Of a stretch of 64,000 nt of DNA, positions 29,603 to 44,888 are shown piece by piece. This stretch comes from Blastocystis sp. Blastoise. Taxonomy: Eukaryota > Protista > Bigyra: Opalinata. The position numbers and the translations under genes are program-made. The notes beneath the pieces were generated by a model. The model was given only the letters and a program-made list of their open reading frames with translations. It was not told the origin of the DNA and did not search any database. Position 1 is the stretch's first letter; each line of letters starts with the position of its first letter. The stretch lies in the NCBI GenBank assembly GCA_039096225.1, contig JBBPEB010000028.1, forward strand, positions 496,001-560,000, given 5' to 3'.

Positions 29603-32600
29603 TTAATGGTGATGATGATGTTTATGTTTTGATATTATTTTATTTGTATTCATTGGAAACAATGAAGAGTTATCTATTCTAGTAGTTGGTAAAGAAGTAG
29701 ATTGTATAGATGTTGAAATCGTTGTAGGAATAACAGAAGAATTCATTATAGAACTTTCTTGTCTCTTTTTGGTTTTCAATTGAATCTCTTCCATCAATGA
29801 CAACGGTTTATTTGAATGATTTTCTTGAGAAATAATAGTATTGTGAAGAGGTAAAGAAGTTGTTATTCCAGATAAATTCATTGTTTCTGAATGAATTGAT
29901 TTATGATGATGTTTCTTCTTTTTCTTTTCAGGTATACCTAAAAATAATGGAGATGAGAATTCTATTTGATTCTGAATAGCTGGATTATTAGGTATATATG
30001 AAGATGAATTGTTTATTTGACTTTGAATAGCTGGATTATTAGGTATATATGAAGATGAATTGTTTATTTGATTCTGAATAGCTGGATTATTAGGTATATA
30101 TGAAGATAAATTGTTTATTTGATTTTGTATACTAGAATTATTAGATATATATGAAGAACTAGAAGATAACATTCGAGGAGGAGGAGGAGGAGGAACATCT
30201 GAATCTGTGTCACTATAAAGAACAGTAGGAATAATATCATTAGTAAAATTTTCATTCATAGCAGTATTATTATAACGAGAAGAAGAAGAAGAAGAAGTTA
30301 CATGTGAGACATGATTCTCTTCTAAAGATATCATTTCAATTTCTTTCTTGTTCCCTTGTTTAGTATTGTTTCCATCATTCTTTATACGAACATCCATATC
30401 ATGAGAAGGAGAATTATCCATATATTTATCAGTCATTTCCTCATTTTTCTGTTTATTTTGATTATGCTTAGAATCAGAAGTTGATATATCTTTCATTTTC
30501 TTATCTTTTGATTGTTTATTGGATGATGAACTAGATTTATTTGTTAGATTATTCATGTCAATAAGTACTTCATTCTTCTTATTGTTATGTTTTTGTTTCT
30601 TCCTCTTACAGCAACAGCAAAGAGTAGTATATACACAATAGCATGTAGAGCATAAACAGCATATCATAATAATAAGACATACTCCGTAGAATACATAGAG
30701 AAGCGTCATCGCATCTGTATAAGTCACTTGAGAAGCATCAGTATAGATGAAGATGACACAGGAAGCCTAGAGGAATAGGAACAATCAATCATATAATACA
30801 GAGTTCAAAAAATAATATTTAAAAAATAGTATATAATATAACAAATAGTGTTAAAAATAAAAATTTTTATAAAATTCATATATATATACATTATATTTAG
30901 AATTCTCAATATAGATTTTCAATGTATCATTTTGTGTATAATATAATTTATAAGTGATATTTGAATATAATTCATTCCAATGAGTAGCCATTCCTCGAGC
31001 ACTGAATGACACATCCTCTGTCATCCCATCATAGAATCCAGCTATAATGGACAGAGACAGGTCATGTGTAGAATTGTACGGATATAAACGAAATACACCG
31101 GATAATGTACGAATTGTACCTAAAAGTGTTTGTGTATCTTGATCATGATCAATTAATGTTATTGGAGGTAATAATGTATGATTCTGATAAGGTATATATA
31201 CAGATTCTGGACAGATTAGTCTATAGAGAAGAAGAAGAGAGTTATAGTGAATACATAGTAATAAGAATAGAAATCAATATAATTATAAATAAATGTGATT
31301 ATAATAAGTAAATAATATAAAATGATCGATATATGTATAAAGGATATATATATATATATATACTGTATAGGATCAATAGTATTAATAACAGTGATTGGAA
31401 TAGCAGTAGGAGGAGATAGAACATCATGAGAAATAGCTTGAATCACTATATATTCCTCATCTTCTTTAGACATATTAGAAGTAAGTGGAGAATTAAAATA
31501 GTAAGGAGAAGGAGTATAGAGGAGAGTAGTAACTGGAGTAAAGGAAGAGGAGGAAAGAGAAGAAGAAGAAGAAGAAGAAGAGGAGGAAGAAAGAGAAGAA
31601 GAAGAAGAAGAAGAAAAAATTGTTAACGATCCATGACGAGGTGGAGATAATAGTGTAAATGTAACTGAAGCTATATATATACATATAATTATATATATAT
31701 ATAATTATATATATACAATCGTTCCAGACAGATTGTTGTGTAATATGAAAAGAGAGAGATATATCTTGTTTGACAGATAAAATAGATGGAAAAGAAGATA
31801 CTGATAATGGATTCAATACCTATATATAGAATATTATTATTAAATTATATATATACTTATTTAATAATAAAAATAACAGTTATTACTATAACAATATTTA
31901 TATTCATATAACAAAATAAGAATATCATAACAAAAAAAAAATATATATATATATAACTAATAATAAGAGCATACATAAAAGTATCCATTAGTAGGAGTAG
32001 ATATAGCTCCTTTATCATCTAAAAGACTAAAGGAGAACTCACAAGTGTGAACAATAGATATATATTCATCCTTTTTATCTAGTAGACCATCATATCTGAA
32101 ATAGAGAATAACCGTAGTTATATTCACTCCTATAGACTGAGGAATATAGACTCCTTCTTGAAGTGTATAGAATAGGCAGTTCTCTGACAGAGAATAGAGA
32201 ATCAATGACGTAATAGGATCATTTTCAATGTCATATCCTTTAAACTATAAATGAATATGTATATAATATATAATATATAATATATAATATATAATATATA
32301 ATATTTTTTGTATACTTCATGACGATTATATTGTTGATATTCCCCAGAAAAAGAGGGATTTAGAGGGATTGGAGGGTCATTGACAGGAGTCACGTAGAAA
32401 TCAATTCTTCCATTTTCAGAACAATAGTAATAATCACACATAAATAAAGAAATTGATGCATATCTATATATATATAAATACAATAAGCATTTATAACATA
32501 ATAGAGCAATAAAAAATCAGATCTTTGATATATATAAAATATACATAAAATATTCATCATTATCATTCTCAATAGGAATAAATGTCCCATTAGATTCCCG

Positions 32601-32797
32601 TGGGAATGTATAGGGTAGATCTTCATAAGTAATATTGGCAGTATTTATGAGTAAAAACCCTTTGAAAGGAAGAGAGAGAAGAGTTATCTATAGAATCAAA
32701 TAAATAAGGTATATAGTATTCTATATAAATAAAAAAGGTGTATATTTATATATTCACTAAATTTATGGATAATACGAGTAATAATAATAATAATAAT

Positions 32798-32849
<52 letters not shown>

Positions 32850-34072
32850 TTTGTTCTAGATTATGAAAGTGACCAGGAGGTGCATAATCATTGAAATCAT
32901 AGGTTACTTTAAGAAAGGGAAACTGGAAAATTGTGTCTTCTTGAAGAGAAAACGACTAGATATTATAATATATATAATAGTGTCAGTAATAAAAAGAGTA
33001 AATAGAAATAGAAATAATAATAATAAAACTATATATATATACAGAATTATAAGTAACAGGTTTAGAGAGAGGTAGATATTCATTTTTATTATGTAATATA
33101 TCGATATCATTCAGAACACGATCATAAAAACGGAATAAATAAAGATCACCATAAGTTGACTGAATCGTAGTTTCAGGAATATTCAGATTTCCTATAGTAA
33201 ATATATGATTTGAAGTCCACGAAGAGAGATATTGATCATTTATAAAATTAGTTAAAGACATTTGTTGACCATTTATTATGATCTATATATATATATATTA
33301 AAAGATATTATAATGATATAAAAGGAGGAAAAAGAATAATATAAATATATATATGAAATATTTTGAGAAAATAAGAAAAATAGTATAATAAAAAAAATAA
33401 GAACAAGAATCTTATAATAATAAAAAAATATGAAATATTATGAGAAAATAAAATAATAGTATAATTAATAAAAATAAGAATAAGAATCTAATAATAATAA
33501 ATAAATATGAATACTTCAAAATGACTATTGATTCTTGTTTCATTGAATGTGATAACAATATGATTTAAATGTCTGGAATCCTCTGAATATGAATATAGCA
33601 TTGGAATACATCGATTTCTTGTATTACGAACATTTATATATCCTGTTTCAATACTTGATGAATATTTTAAAGAATAAGCACAATAATTGCTATCTAGTAT
33701 AGCAGGACCAAATCCAAAAACATTGATATCCTCAAAGAACGAACTTTCATCGAATTTCTGCCAAAATTCAATGGAGAATGTCTTTGTTACCTGAATATGA
33801 TTCAGAAATGAACTTATAGATCGTTCACTTGCCACAGCTACAGAATTCTGTGTGTTATTGAAACGTACTCCATTACTTGGAGGACAAGAACCAGAAGATC
33901 GAATCAGCAAATCACCAAATGAAGTATTGTTTACATATTCATAGGGTGTGAATTTTCCATTTTGACATTGCTCGAGAAGGAATACATATTCAAATAGAAA
34001 ACCATCTTGAACAACAGACGATAAAACTGTGGTAATCAGAAAGAGGAAGACCCATAAAAACAAAGATTTCAT
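29603..34072 (-). CDS. Type I membrane surface protein: signal peptide, LamG/ConA-like domain, cadherin/Big_9-like repeats, TM, Pro-rich cytosolic tail
   Basis: Signal MKSLFLWVFLFLITTVLS; LamG-like 'TFSIEFW', 'HIVITF' and 'FRFYDRVL'; repeat motifs 'VTPVNDPP' and 'PPRHGSL..YTPSPYYF'; TM with Cys-rich juxtamembrane region; PPPPPP in the tail. Confidence 0.75.
29965..30160 (-). repeat. 51-bp coding tandem repeat (SSYIPNNPAIQNQINNS), about 3.5 copies
   Basis: Visible in both the DNA and the ORF translation. Confidence 0.85.
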
Positions 34073-34944
34073 TTGTTTTAGATAGTTAATTGTCTATAGA
34101 AGTCAACGTAGATATTGAATATATACATAAAGAAAAAATAGAAGAAAAAAAAACAATTTAAAAACAAGAAATATCATTGGATAATTATCACGTTAATAAA
34201 GAAGATATAGGACTAGTAACATGATAGAAAGAATTGATTGATGAAATAGTAGTATATGAAGATATATGCAGATATTTTAATGAGGAAATACTAAGGAGAA
34301 TAGAATTTATATGTATATAAAAAGAAGAAAAGAAAAAGATGAAGAAGAATCGCTTGATTGTGGGTGAACTCTAAGTTGTTATACTCAAAATGATATTATA
34401 GTATTTGAGTATCACTTGCTTTAATTGAATAAGAAATAAATAAGGACTTTGAACAAATCAAAAGGAAGGAAATTGTAACACATTGTGTACTAGATATTTG
34501 TTTTTATATAGAGACATATCTATTATTCATTTCATATATAATGAAGAAATTAGAGATCGTTCTGACACTTTATAAGCGAAGATGAGTCATTATTTGAATA
34601 AAGAATTGGAATCAACTAGGTATTTATGACTAATTATCTTTACTAAACTTGATTTATTCCAGAAAGGCCATAAATCCAGAAAGAAGACCATAATAAACAA
34701 ACATAGTCACATTAAATGCGTATGTTCAATCAACCAACTACTTTCATCTGGAGCTTATTTGTTCCTATAACATCAATACTATCCAATTATGAATAATTCA
34801 TTAACCATTGACAAAGAAAGCATACTTCCAGTTCGGTTTTTAGGAAATCATGAAAAAATATTGTTTATCAGAGACATTTTGTTATACTCCCAGAAAACTA
34901 ATCAATTAAAGTAATTTTTATTATTTTGCTTATAACTGTTTGGA

Positions 34945-36008
34945 ATGCGTCTATTTATAATACTTTTATGTTTTTTCATATCACAAATTTGTTCATTTTA
35001 TGTGCCAGCCCAAGATGTGTTGAAATATGATACATTGTATATTCATCCTGACGATCTTCCTTCACAAGTGAGAGAAATGGATAACTATATCAAGATAAAT
35101 ACGATTCACAATAATAAGAAATATGAGTGTTACTTACCTGATGATAGTAAATTAGAAAGAAAATCGGAGTCTAAGGTATCTGAAAATTCTGTAGAAACAT
35201 CAGAGTCTGATGAATTACAAAATAAAGATGTTTCTTTGAATCAAACTCCTCTTAAAGAAGTTAAAAGAATTCAGGATAATTACGTTGTTGACTACGACAG
35301 TATTCCAATAGCTGGTTTCGATGTGTCTATGAATGGAGTTGTCTTAACAATGATGCCTAAGTCAACTATTTCATTTAAAACCGACAATGATGATCTTCAA
35401 GTATATTCTGACTATGTTATAAATAATAAAAATATATAGGGCCTTTTTACTGGTGTATATAAGAAAGACATGCCTTTATCCCAAGGAAAAATAGATAATA
35501 TTCCATTTTTAGAAGAGACCTATAGAAATATTAATGATAAGAGAATTTTAGTTCGGTATATTATTATATATTTCTATGATTTATTTTATATTTTATAGAT
35601 ATATGTGTCATCAGAATTATTCAGATTATGGTATATATTTGTGTCAGAAGTTTTTAATAAATATTATTATGTTTTATTATGTATTATTATGTTTTATTAT
35701 GTTTTGTCATATTATAATTATATTTATAATAATAATACCTCTATATTATATTATTTATATAGAATATGAACCAGTTTTACATGATGTTTTAGTGAATACT
35801 TCTCGAACTATTGATACTCTATATTATCAGAATTTAACTTTTATTTCTAATACCTATTGTTTTGATTCTTTGTTTATAGCAAGTCGCAATACATTTAAGA
35901 ATAATTATAAGAATATGAAGACAAGTCATAATTATAATGCAAATTACTGGAATTATATGATTGTAGATCAAGGAAATATCACTCAAAAACATGAAGATAC
36001 CATGTATA

Positions 36009-36063
<55 letters not shown>

Positions 36064-37646
36064 GTTTTTGTTTATTATTATTATTTATTTGCTAGTTTCT
36101 GTTTATTTTTGTCGTTTTTATTTCAATTTTTATGAATATTATATTAATATATATTATATTATTAATATATAGTCATTATTTGGGAACATATAATGAAGAA
36201 GCTACTTATAATCAAGGAAAAGATCTTATTAATTTAAGAACTAATCAAGATTATGAAGATAGTTTTGTTAGAGTTCTCTATACGAATGTATATATATATA
36301 TATTATTTTATTATTTATTTAATATAAGACTTTTATTTTATTTTTTTATTTAGTATAAAACTTTGTTTATATTATTTAATTAATATAATATATATATTAT
36401 ATAAGTTAAATATCTTCTATATATATAGGGTACCTTATGTGAGGAGACAAATAGTCCTAGAACTTCAGAAATACATTATATATGTGGAAATAATGATCAT
36501 CATTCTTCATTACATGGTTATGAATCTGGATATTGTCATTATATATTTATTGTTCCTGATAATAGAGTATGTAATATTCCAGGGTTTAGTGCTATTCTTC
36601 CTATGACTATGAATATATTTTGTACAAATGAAGAAGAAATAAGAAAAGTAGAAAAAGACAGAAATAGAAATAGAAATACTATTCAAGGTATGAATGAAGA
36701 AGATAAGATTATGAAGAATACTGTGAATTACATACCTGTTAATATTGGACAAACTCATTATGTTAATGTTCAACTTGAAGAAGAAGTCACTTCTATAGGA
36801 TTTGCGTCAGAAACAACGGAAAATGGACAAAAACAAGCAGATACAACAACAACAAAAGAGAATCACGTAAATAATATAAATAATGAGCATAATATAAATA
36901 ATGAACATAATATAAATAATATACATCAACATAATCCTCAAGATCAAGATATAATACCTAAGAATATAGAAGAACATATGACACCTGATTCTATTCTTGG
37001 AATAAGTAAATTAATGAAAACTATTGAAGAATTAGATGGACAAGCAAAAGAAGAAATGAATAATTTAAAAGAAGAACTTCGAAAGATGATTAATGAAGCT
37101 ATAAGTGAATCTGAAGAAGAAGTAAAAGTAGATAATCAATTGAATACAGAAGGTAATAGTAATGATAATAAGAAAGATAATAAAGATAGTAATAATAATG
37201 ACCAACATTCTTCAAATGAAAAGAAGATAGATAGCAATAATAAAGTGAATACTAATAATAATAATAATAATAATAATGGGGAGCCAATAAGAAAGACCCT
37301 TGAAAGTATAGTTGAGAATCATGATAATTCAAATAATCAGAAAAAGCCTGAAGCTCCTCGTGTGAATATTATTGATCCATCAACACTATCAGAAGAAGAA
37401 AGAAAAAGAATATTTAAAATTTCAATAGATATGTTAAACCATCAAAAAACATTAAATAATGAAAAGAAAAATATAAATAAACAAGAAACAACTTCAAAGG
37501 ATACGCTTAAAAATAATGATAAAATGAATGATTCTAAAGAAAAAAAAGTAAATACTATTTCTCAAAAAGAGAAAAATGATCAAGTTAAAGATTCTTCAAA
37601 ACTACATGATATTCACTTTGAGGTACCTGATGATTTTGATCATTAA
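34945..37646 (+). CDS. OS9: OS-9/ERLEC1-like ER lectin (MRH domain)
   Basis: Signal peptide, 'KYECYLP', 'HYLGTY' and 'YTNGTLCEETNSPRTSEIHYICG..ESGYCHYIFIVPDNRVC'; low-complexity C-terminus. Confidence 0.7.
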
Positions 37647-38155
37647 TTAAAAATATTTATGTAGTTATTATTATATATATATATATATATATATTATCTA
37701 TTTTTATTTTTTAACTTTTCCTTCTTTTTATTCTTATTTTGTTTATAAAATCATCAAAATAATTATATAAATTTATCATTTTCTACTTTTTTTTGTTTAT
37801 TTATGAAATGATATGAAATTGTATTATAAAAACATATTTTAAAAGAATGAGAGATTATAATTGTCATTTATATATATATCACTGTGAAACATTTTAAACT
37901 TTAAAAAATATATATATAACTATTTTCATATCTTATTCAATCAATAGATCATAATTTAAAACAAAATATTATGTATATGACTATTAAACTGAAAAAATAA
38001 CTAAAAAGATTTGTTTAATGTTCTTATTATACTAAAATTATTATAGAAAACACTGAGAATAATCATATATAAACAACGTAAGGAATTATAAAAATCTTAT
38101 TAAAAAATAATAAATAGAGAAGAGAAGAATACAAAAAATATAAATAGTGATATTA

Positions 38156-39135
38156 TTAATATCGACCAATGATTATATTATATTTCTTTATTTCTTGAAT
38201 AGTATGCAGAGACTGTTGTATAATGGAAGAATCAATAGTATCTAAATAATATGTAATAATACTATAGTTATATATATACGATAGAAATGAATAGAGATTT
38301 GTTTTAAGTATAGAAATGATTTCTTTGAAGTAACTATATCTAGAATAGTGTTTAAAAAATCGATATTCTTCACGTCTATATATAGAATATATATACCAAA
38401 TAAATAGAATAAATCATACATATTTCTAGGTATCTAATAGTACTAGTATAATCCTGTTTTAGTTCATTAATAATATAATTATTATATATATGTTCATATT
38501 TGTTTTTAGTAGAAAGAGTGAAGCACATAATAATAGAAATAATAGGTTTATTTATAGAGTAAGAAAAGGAAGGAAATGAATCAAGAATATTATTTATTAC
38601 TTTTATTGATGGATTTATATCTATATATTTTAGTTTTTAGATGTATTTATGATGATAATAATAGTTAAAGTTATAAATACACTTCATGAAAATAATACTC
38701 TATATATATATATATACGATTCATTATAAATGTAATAGTGAATTTGTTTAAAGCTGGAAGAGATATCATTTTATTCTTTTGAATACTGGAAATCAATTCA
38801 AATAATGATACTAGCTCAAACGAAATTTCTATATCATTAAAATTAATGTTGATTTCTTGTAATTTCTTAAGTCGATTGCTTTCTAAATAATTATATATAC
38901 TTTGAAATATCGACAGGGAGCTGTCATTATTTTCTATATGTATATTAAATATTATAGCAGGTATAATAATAATAATATTAATAATAATAATAATATATAC
39001 CTATATTTAAAGATAGTTTTTGAATATTTTCCCATAAATCTAAATGTATGCATTTATTTAATATTGAAGAAATACACATATCTGTATTTACTATATATAT
39101 ATATTTATAGTATATATATATAGAGAGAGATATAG

Positions 39136-39185
<50 letters not shown>

Positions 39186-39460
39186 CGATAGTGATACTTT
39201 GAACAGATGTTGAGAATAAAGAAAGGAGTTTATACATCATATCAGTATTTTGCTTTATTACTTCTTCTTTTGATTCATAAAAACAACACGACCCAGTTTC
39301 TTCTATATAATATTATTATATTTATTATTATATTAATTATGCTTATTATTATTATATATATACTTATAGTGATATTCTTTATCGTATTATATTGTAAACT
39401 GGAGAGAATAGAAATATAATCATCAAGATATGAAGGAGAACAAAACTCACTAGCTTCTAC

Positions 39461-39494
<34 letters not shown>

Positions 39495-42321
39495 CAATTT
39501 AAACAAAAAGTACAAAGTTGTTGACAATTGATACTTTTAATCACATCGTCATATATATGAATATTATTATTATGTGAATAATCAATTGCTATATAAATAT
39601 ATAATAAAATGATTCTATTAATACATATACAAAATAATATTGATTTAAATATATTAAACTTCAGTTCGGGAGGAATATAATTGTTTGTTGTTTCCTTAAT
39701 ATCTATATTATATATATATAATTAATATTAACACTATTATTATGATATATATACAATGAAGTACTATAGAATCTGAAATAAATACTCCAGAATCATAAAG
39801 TTGCTTATATAAATTATTAAATTTATGAGCAATTAAACTACCTATAAATATAATATATTTATATATTATTATTGATATATAAATAGATCAATATATATAT
39901 ATAAGAATAGATACAATAGATATTAAAATGATGTTGTTTAGAAGCTTCAATTATAGTATTTAGAATGACATCATCAAAATAATAATGATCATCTTTTAAT
40001 ACTACATTTGAAAACAATATTTCATTTGATAACTGTAACATTATATTTGGTAATATGCTTTCACTAATTGATATATATTTAGAATAATTATTTTGTATTA
40101 ATTCACATAAATCATATATATATAAACATGGGAAATGATCTCTAGTGAAAAGTGATAGTATATTTAATTGTAATAATAAATCATTATCAATATTAGGTGA
40201 ATCTATATATATATATATAGAACTATTATTATTATCAACTATATATATACCATTCAGAGTAATAGTGGTGACATTAGGAAATATATGAGTTGAAATAATA
40301 TCTTTAAATAATTGTATATATTCAGGATAAGAACCTGAACAAATAACTATATAATAATATATAGAATATATAGAACATATAGAATATATAAAATATATAG
40401 AATATATAGAATAACAATAATAATATAATAATAATATTATTTCTATTTCATACAATCAAGTATATTAATATTTGGAATTTTATCTAATAATCCTTCTTTG
40501 AATGCTTTTAATAATGGAGGAATATCAGTTTGTACTTTCACTGGAATTACATCTATATATATATATTAATGATTCACTTAATAATTGTTTCATAAATATA
40601 TATTAAAATAAAATATGTATATACAATTATTCTCTATTCTTTTCAAATGTTTATAAATAGGTGAATTGATAAAATAAACTAATATTTCATAACAATCATA
40701 ATAAATAGATTGACTATAATTAAGAAAATAATGAATATATTTATATAAAGAATAGAATGAATGTATTTATATATACGTTAGTATTGGATTATTTATATTC
40801 TTAACTATAGATTCTAAATAATTATATAATTACATATATATATATATACCTTTGTCTGAATCAATATAAGAAAATTCAAATATGCAATAGTCTTCATTCT
40901 TTAAATCATTATCATTATATTCTATCTCGTCCTCATCCTCATCATATTCTTCTTCTTCCTCATAATTATTACTATAACAATCATCATCATCATCACTGTT
41001 ATACTCATCATTATATCCATCTTCTTGTTTATCTATAAAATGTATACATAAATCTGATTTCTCAGAATCTTCTTCCGATTCTATTAGTTCATCTATACAC
41101 ACTTCTATATCATCACGTTCTATATTATCTTCATCATCATTGATCTTATTCCCATTATTATCAATTTCATATATACATATAGTTGATCTATTTAATAAAT
41201 ATAAATCTTCTTCTTCATGACTATATCTTACGGATTCCTTATAAGATTCAGGATAATAGTGTTTATAATACATTCTCAAATATTCCTTATAAATAGTATT
41301 ATAATGAGGATTTGACTTTTTTATTAATATATCTTTCTTCTTCTCGTAACTAGCTATAAAAATATATATATATATTTATATTATATAAATATATAAGTAA
41401 ACAAAGAAATACGTTTAATAATAAAAGTTTGTAATTGTGGAAACAATTCATGTAAATTGGAGGGATATATATATTCATAAGGAATATCTTCAGAAAAATG
41501 GTCTATAGAATATATATATATATAATAAAAGAAAAAATTCATATACAATAATATATATAGAATTAAATAATGAGAAAACATACATATAATAAAAGAAAAA
41601 ATTCATATACAATAATATATATAGAATCAAATAATTAATAAAAAAATACTATAAATACTAATTAAATACATTGAAGAATAACAGTTTTTATATTCAATAA
41701 ATCGAATAATTCTGAAAAACGAAGAAATTCTTTGTTTCTTTGATCATTTAATGGTGCTATATATTATTATATACTAACTAGTCATATAAATACAATGAAT
41801 TATTATTTTTTTATTATCATCATTATTGTAGAAATAATCGAAGCTTCTAAAGATATATATAATTATTTATAAACATATACTATATACAACTGACTATTAT
41901 TGTTTTGAAGAAAAACAGTTAAAGAATCCATAAGAAAATGATGAATTGCAGATTCATATTTTGTTTCGTTTCCAAAGAAATGATTTAAAGTCTTATATAG
42001 TTGAATTACATCATGAATACAAAGAGAATCAAGTGTAATCTTATTTTGCATATAGAGAATTAATGTATTTATAGATAAAGAAGGAGAGTCTATATAATAA
42101 GCATCTTCATGTTCTAAGTAGTTATCAAGATTTTCATAAGACAAAGATGTAATTGACTCAGGATAACTCTGGAAAATAGAAATAGGTATAGTGACTTGTT
42201 GGTTATCTTGAAAAATGAAATTCGCCTTGGATACGTGATGTTTTTCACATTCAGAAGAACTACTCACTGACCGTTTCTTCTGATTTGTTGAAGAAATATC
42301 ATATTGATTGTGTGTTTCCAT
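38156..42321 (-). CDS. Large multi-exon hypothetical protein with a BTB-like N-terminus and LRR-like repeats
   Basis: 'FIFQDNQQVTIPISIFQSYPESITSL' is BTB-like; repeats 'LFPQLQTF', 'IFPNVTTITL' and 'SLPALNKFTI' are LRR-like. Many GT-AG introns, not all verified. Confidence 0.6.
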
Positions 42322-42713
42322 TAATATATGCAATCAAGAATTCTTCTTTATTTTGCACATAAATAATATGTGAATAAGGATGTAGATATGATTAAAACAA
42401 GTAAACAAGTTTTAAAAGCCTAAGATTTGTTTGTGTTTAAAAAACGCGGGAAATGAAATATTCGTGTTTTTTGTGAAATTTTTTTAATTTTCAAAAAGTA
42501 GGGATATGCCGATGATGATGAAAAAAATGAATAACCTGCGTATAAATCATAAAAAACCGTTATTAATTCATTTAATTTTCAACCAAAAAATTTGTCGGTG
42601 TGCCTGCGATAATTGAATGACTTAATAAAGAATGTGTGTTCTTTTTCAGCAATACTTATTTTGAACGATAAACTAGTGTTTGTATTTGTTTCTTCATAAA
42701 ATAATTTTGGAAA

Positions 42714-44516
42714 ATGGAAAGTTATGATATTAGTGGTGAACGAGAACTTTTAAATGCTGAGAATATTGAGAAATATATTCAAAGATTGGAAGGAAAGCAT
42801 GAGAATATTGATCATATTAAACTCAGTACTAAGACATTTAATGAGGATGCTGCTAAGATTATTGGCCGTATTTTTATACAATTATTTTCACAATAACTTT
42901 TTCATTTACTGTTTTAAGATTCATTAACACAATAAAATATATATGGATAAAATATATATATTAATTGATATATATAGAAGAAATAATTAAGATGAAGAAC
43001 CTTAAGAAGGCTGATTTGTCAGATACAATTTCTGGTTTATCGAATGAAGATGCTCAAAAAACACTTGAGATTTTCGTAGAATCCTTAAAGGATCATGATT
43101 TGAATTTACTTGATTTAAGTGATAACGCTCTTGGTCCTGAAGGTGTTGAAATTTTAAAGAAATTAATTGTTAATAAGAATGAATTAACAGAGATTTTATT
43201 AATTAATGATGGTTTGTCAGCTGATTCCTGTAAAATAATAACAAATATTTTTAAAGAAACGGCACCAATGACTTTAAAGAAATTACATTTTCATAATAAT
43301 GTATATATTCTTGTTATTATTATTCTATTTATATAATTTATTATTATATTAATTGTAAATAATATAGACTATATACTCTATTATATATATATATATATAG
43401 ATGAGTGGTAATGATGGCGCTATAGCTATTTCTGAAGCTCTTTCTTGTACTCCTTCTCTTGAAGATTTCCGTTGGAGTTGTACGCGTACAGGCGAAGAAG
43501 GTGCCCTCGCTCTTTCCCGCGCTCTTGGATCCCTCCCTCATCTTAAAAAGTTATATATTGGTGATAATTATTTTGGTGAATCTTGTGGTGATCTTTTATA
43601 TGATGCTATACGTACAATGAACCAATTAGAAGAACTTATACTTAGTGATATCAGTATATATATTATATTATTATATTATTATATTATATTATTATATTAT
43701 ATTATTATTATATTATTATAATATTATATTATTATGATTATAAATAAATAATATCCTATATAGGTCTTGAAGATGAGGGTATTCAACGTGTTTTAGAAGC
43801 TCTTATCGAATCTCATGCTCCTATCACTGTATATATAATAATAATAATAATATAATTAATAATCTTAATCTAATATTATTTATATTCATCAAATCATATA
43901 TGCAAACATTTATATATATATATATAGAAATTAAATTTAAGTTTGAATGATATTGATTGTGATATCTTAGATGTTATGACTGAATTCTTATCTCAATGCC
44001 CTACTTTAAAAGAACTGAATCTTGCTGAAAACCAACTTACTTCAGTTGGAGCTATTTCAATTATCAAAGCTTTAAATTCATATTGTCCTCAATTAGAATC
44101 TTTAAATATAAATGCTAATGAAATTGGATCAAAAGCTGCTCAATATATTGTCTCTATTTGCTATATCTTTTTATAATTATATAAGTATTTTAAGTTTTCT
44201 TATTTATTTATAGAAATCAATTTTAATATTCTTATAATATATATAAGCTATCTATATATATAAATATATATATTCATTTTCTTCTCTATATTTCTCATTT
44301 CATTGAATATAATATTTCTTAATATGATTACCGAATATGTCTTCTTTCAAATCTCTTTCTATTGATGGTAATATGATTATGCCGGAGTATATTGAAGCTA
44401 TAGAATCACTTCTTGAAAGTAAAAATAAAACAACGATTTTAGGGTCTTTAGAAGAAAATATGGAAGAAGAAATAGAAGATGAAGAAGAAATTAATGCCCT
44501 TATTAGTGAAAACTAA
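42714..44516 (+). CDS. RANGAP1: Ran GTPase-activating protein (LRR)
   Basis: 'LKKADLSDTISG', 'LDLSDNALGPEG', 'LHFHNNMSGNDGA' and acidic tail 'LGSLEENMEEE'. The last intron is AT-AC. Confidence 0.88.
44163..44331 (+). other. U12-type AT-AC intron in RanGAP
   Basis: 5' end ATATCTTT; branch-point-like TTCTTAAT a few nt before the terminal AC. Removal restores the frame as ..IC-S-NMSSFKSLSIDGN. Confidence 0.8.
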
Positions 44517-44888
44517 TTTATTTTTATTACTATTCTTTTCTTTATTCATGGGTTGTCAATCATTTGTTGTGTTTTATTCTGTTATTATTTTACACTTGTA
44601 ATGAAAAGTCGATATATTCTTCTATTCATAAATTGATTTATGTTGAATCAAATCTATATTGCCATTTTTTTATTATTCTATCTTGTTTCTTATAAGTTTC
44701 TGAAAGAATGGAAGAATTTATACTTAAAATAACTACGTTATAACTTTAATAATAACATAACTTATTATTATAATTTCAATAGATGAAAAATAACCAAACA
44801 AATTAAGAAAAATAAAAAAATAGCATTATTAGATTTTCATGGAATACAATATAGTATCAATTTTATTAAAAAAATAACATAAATAGGA

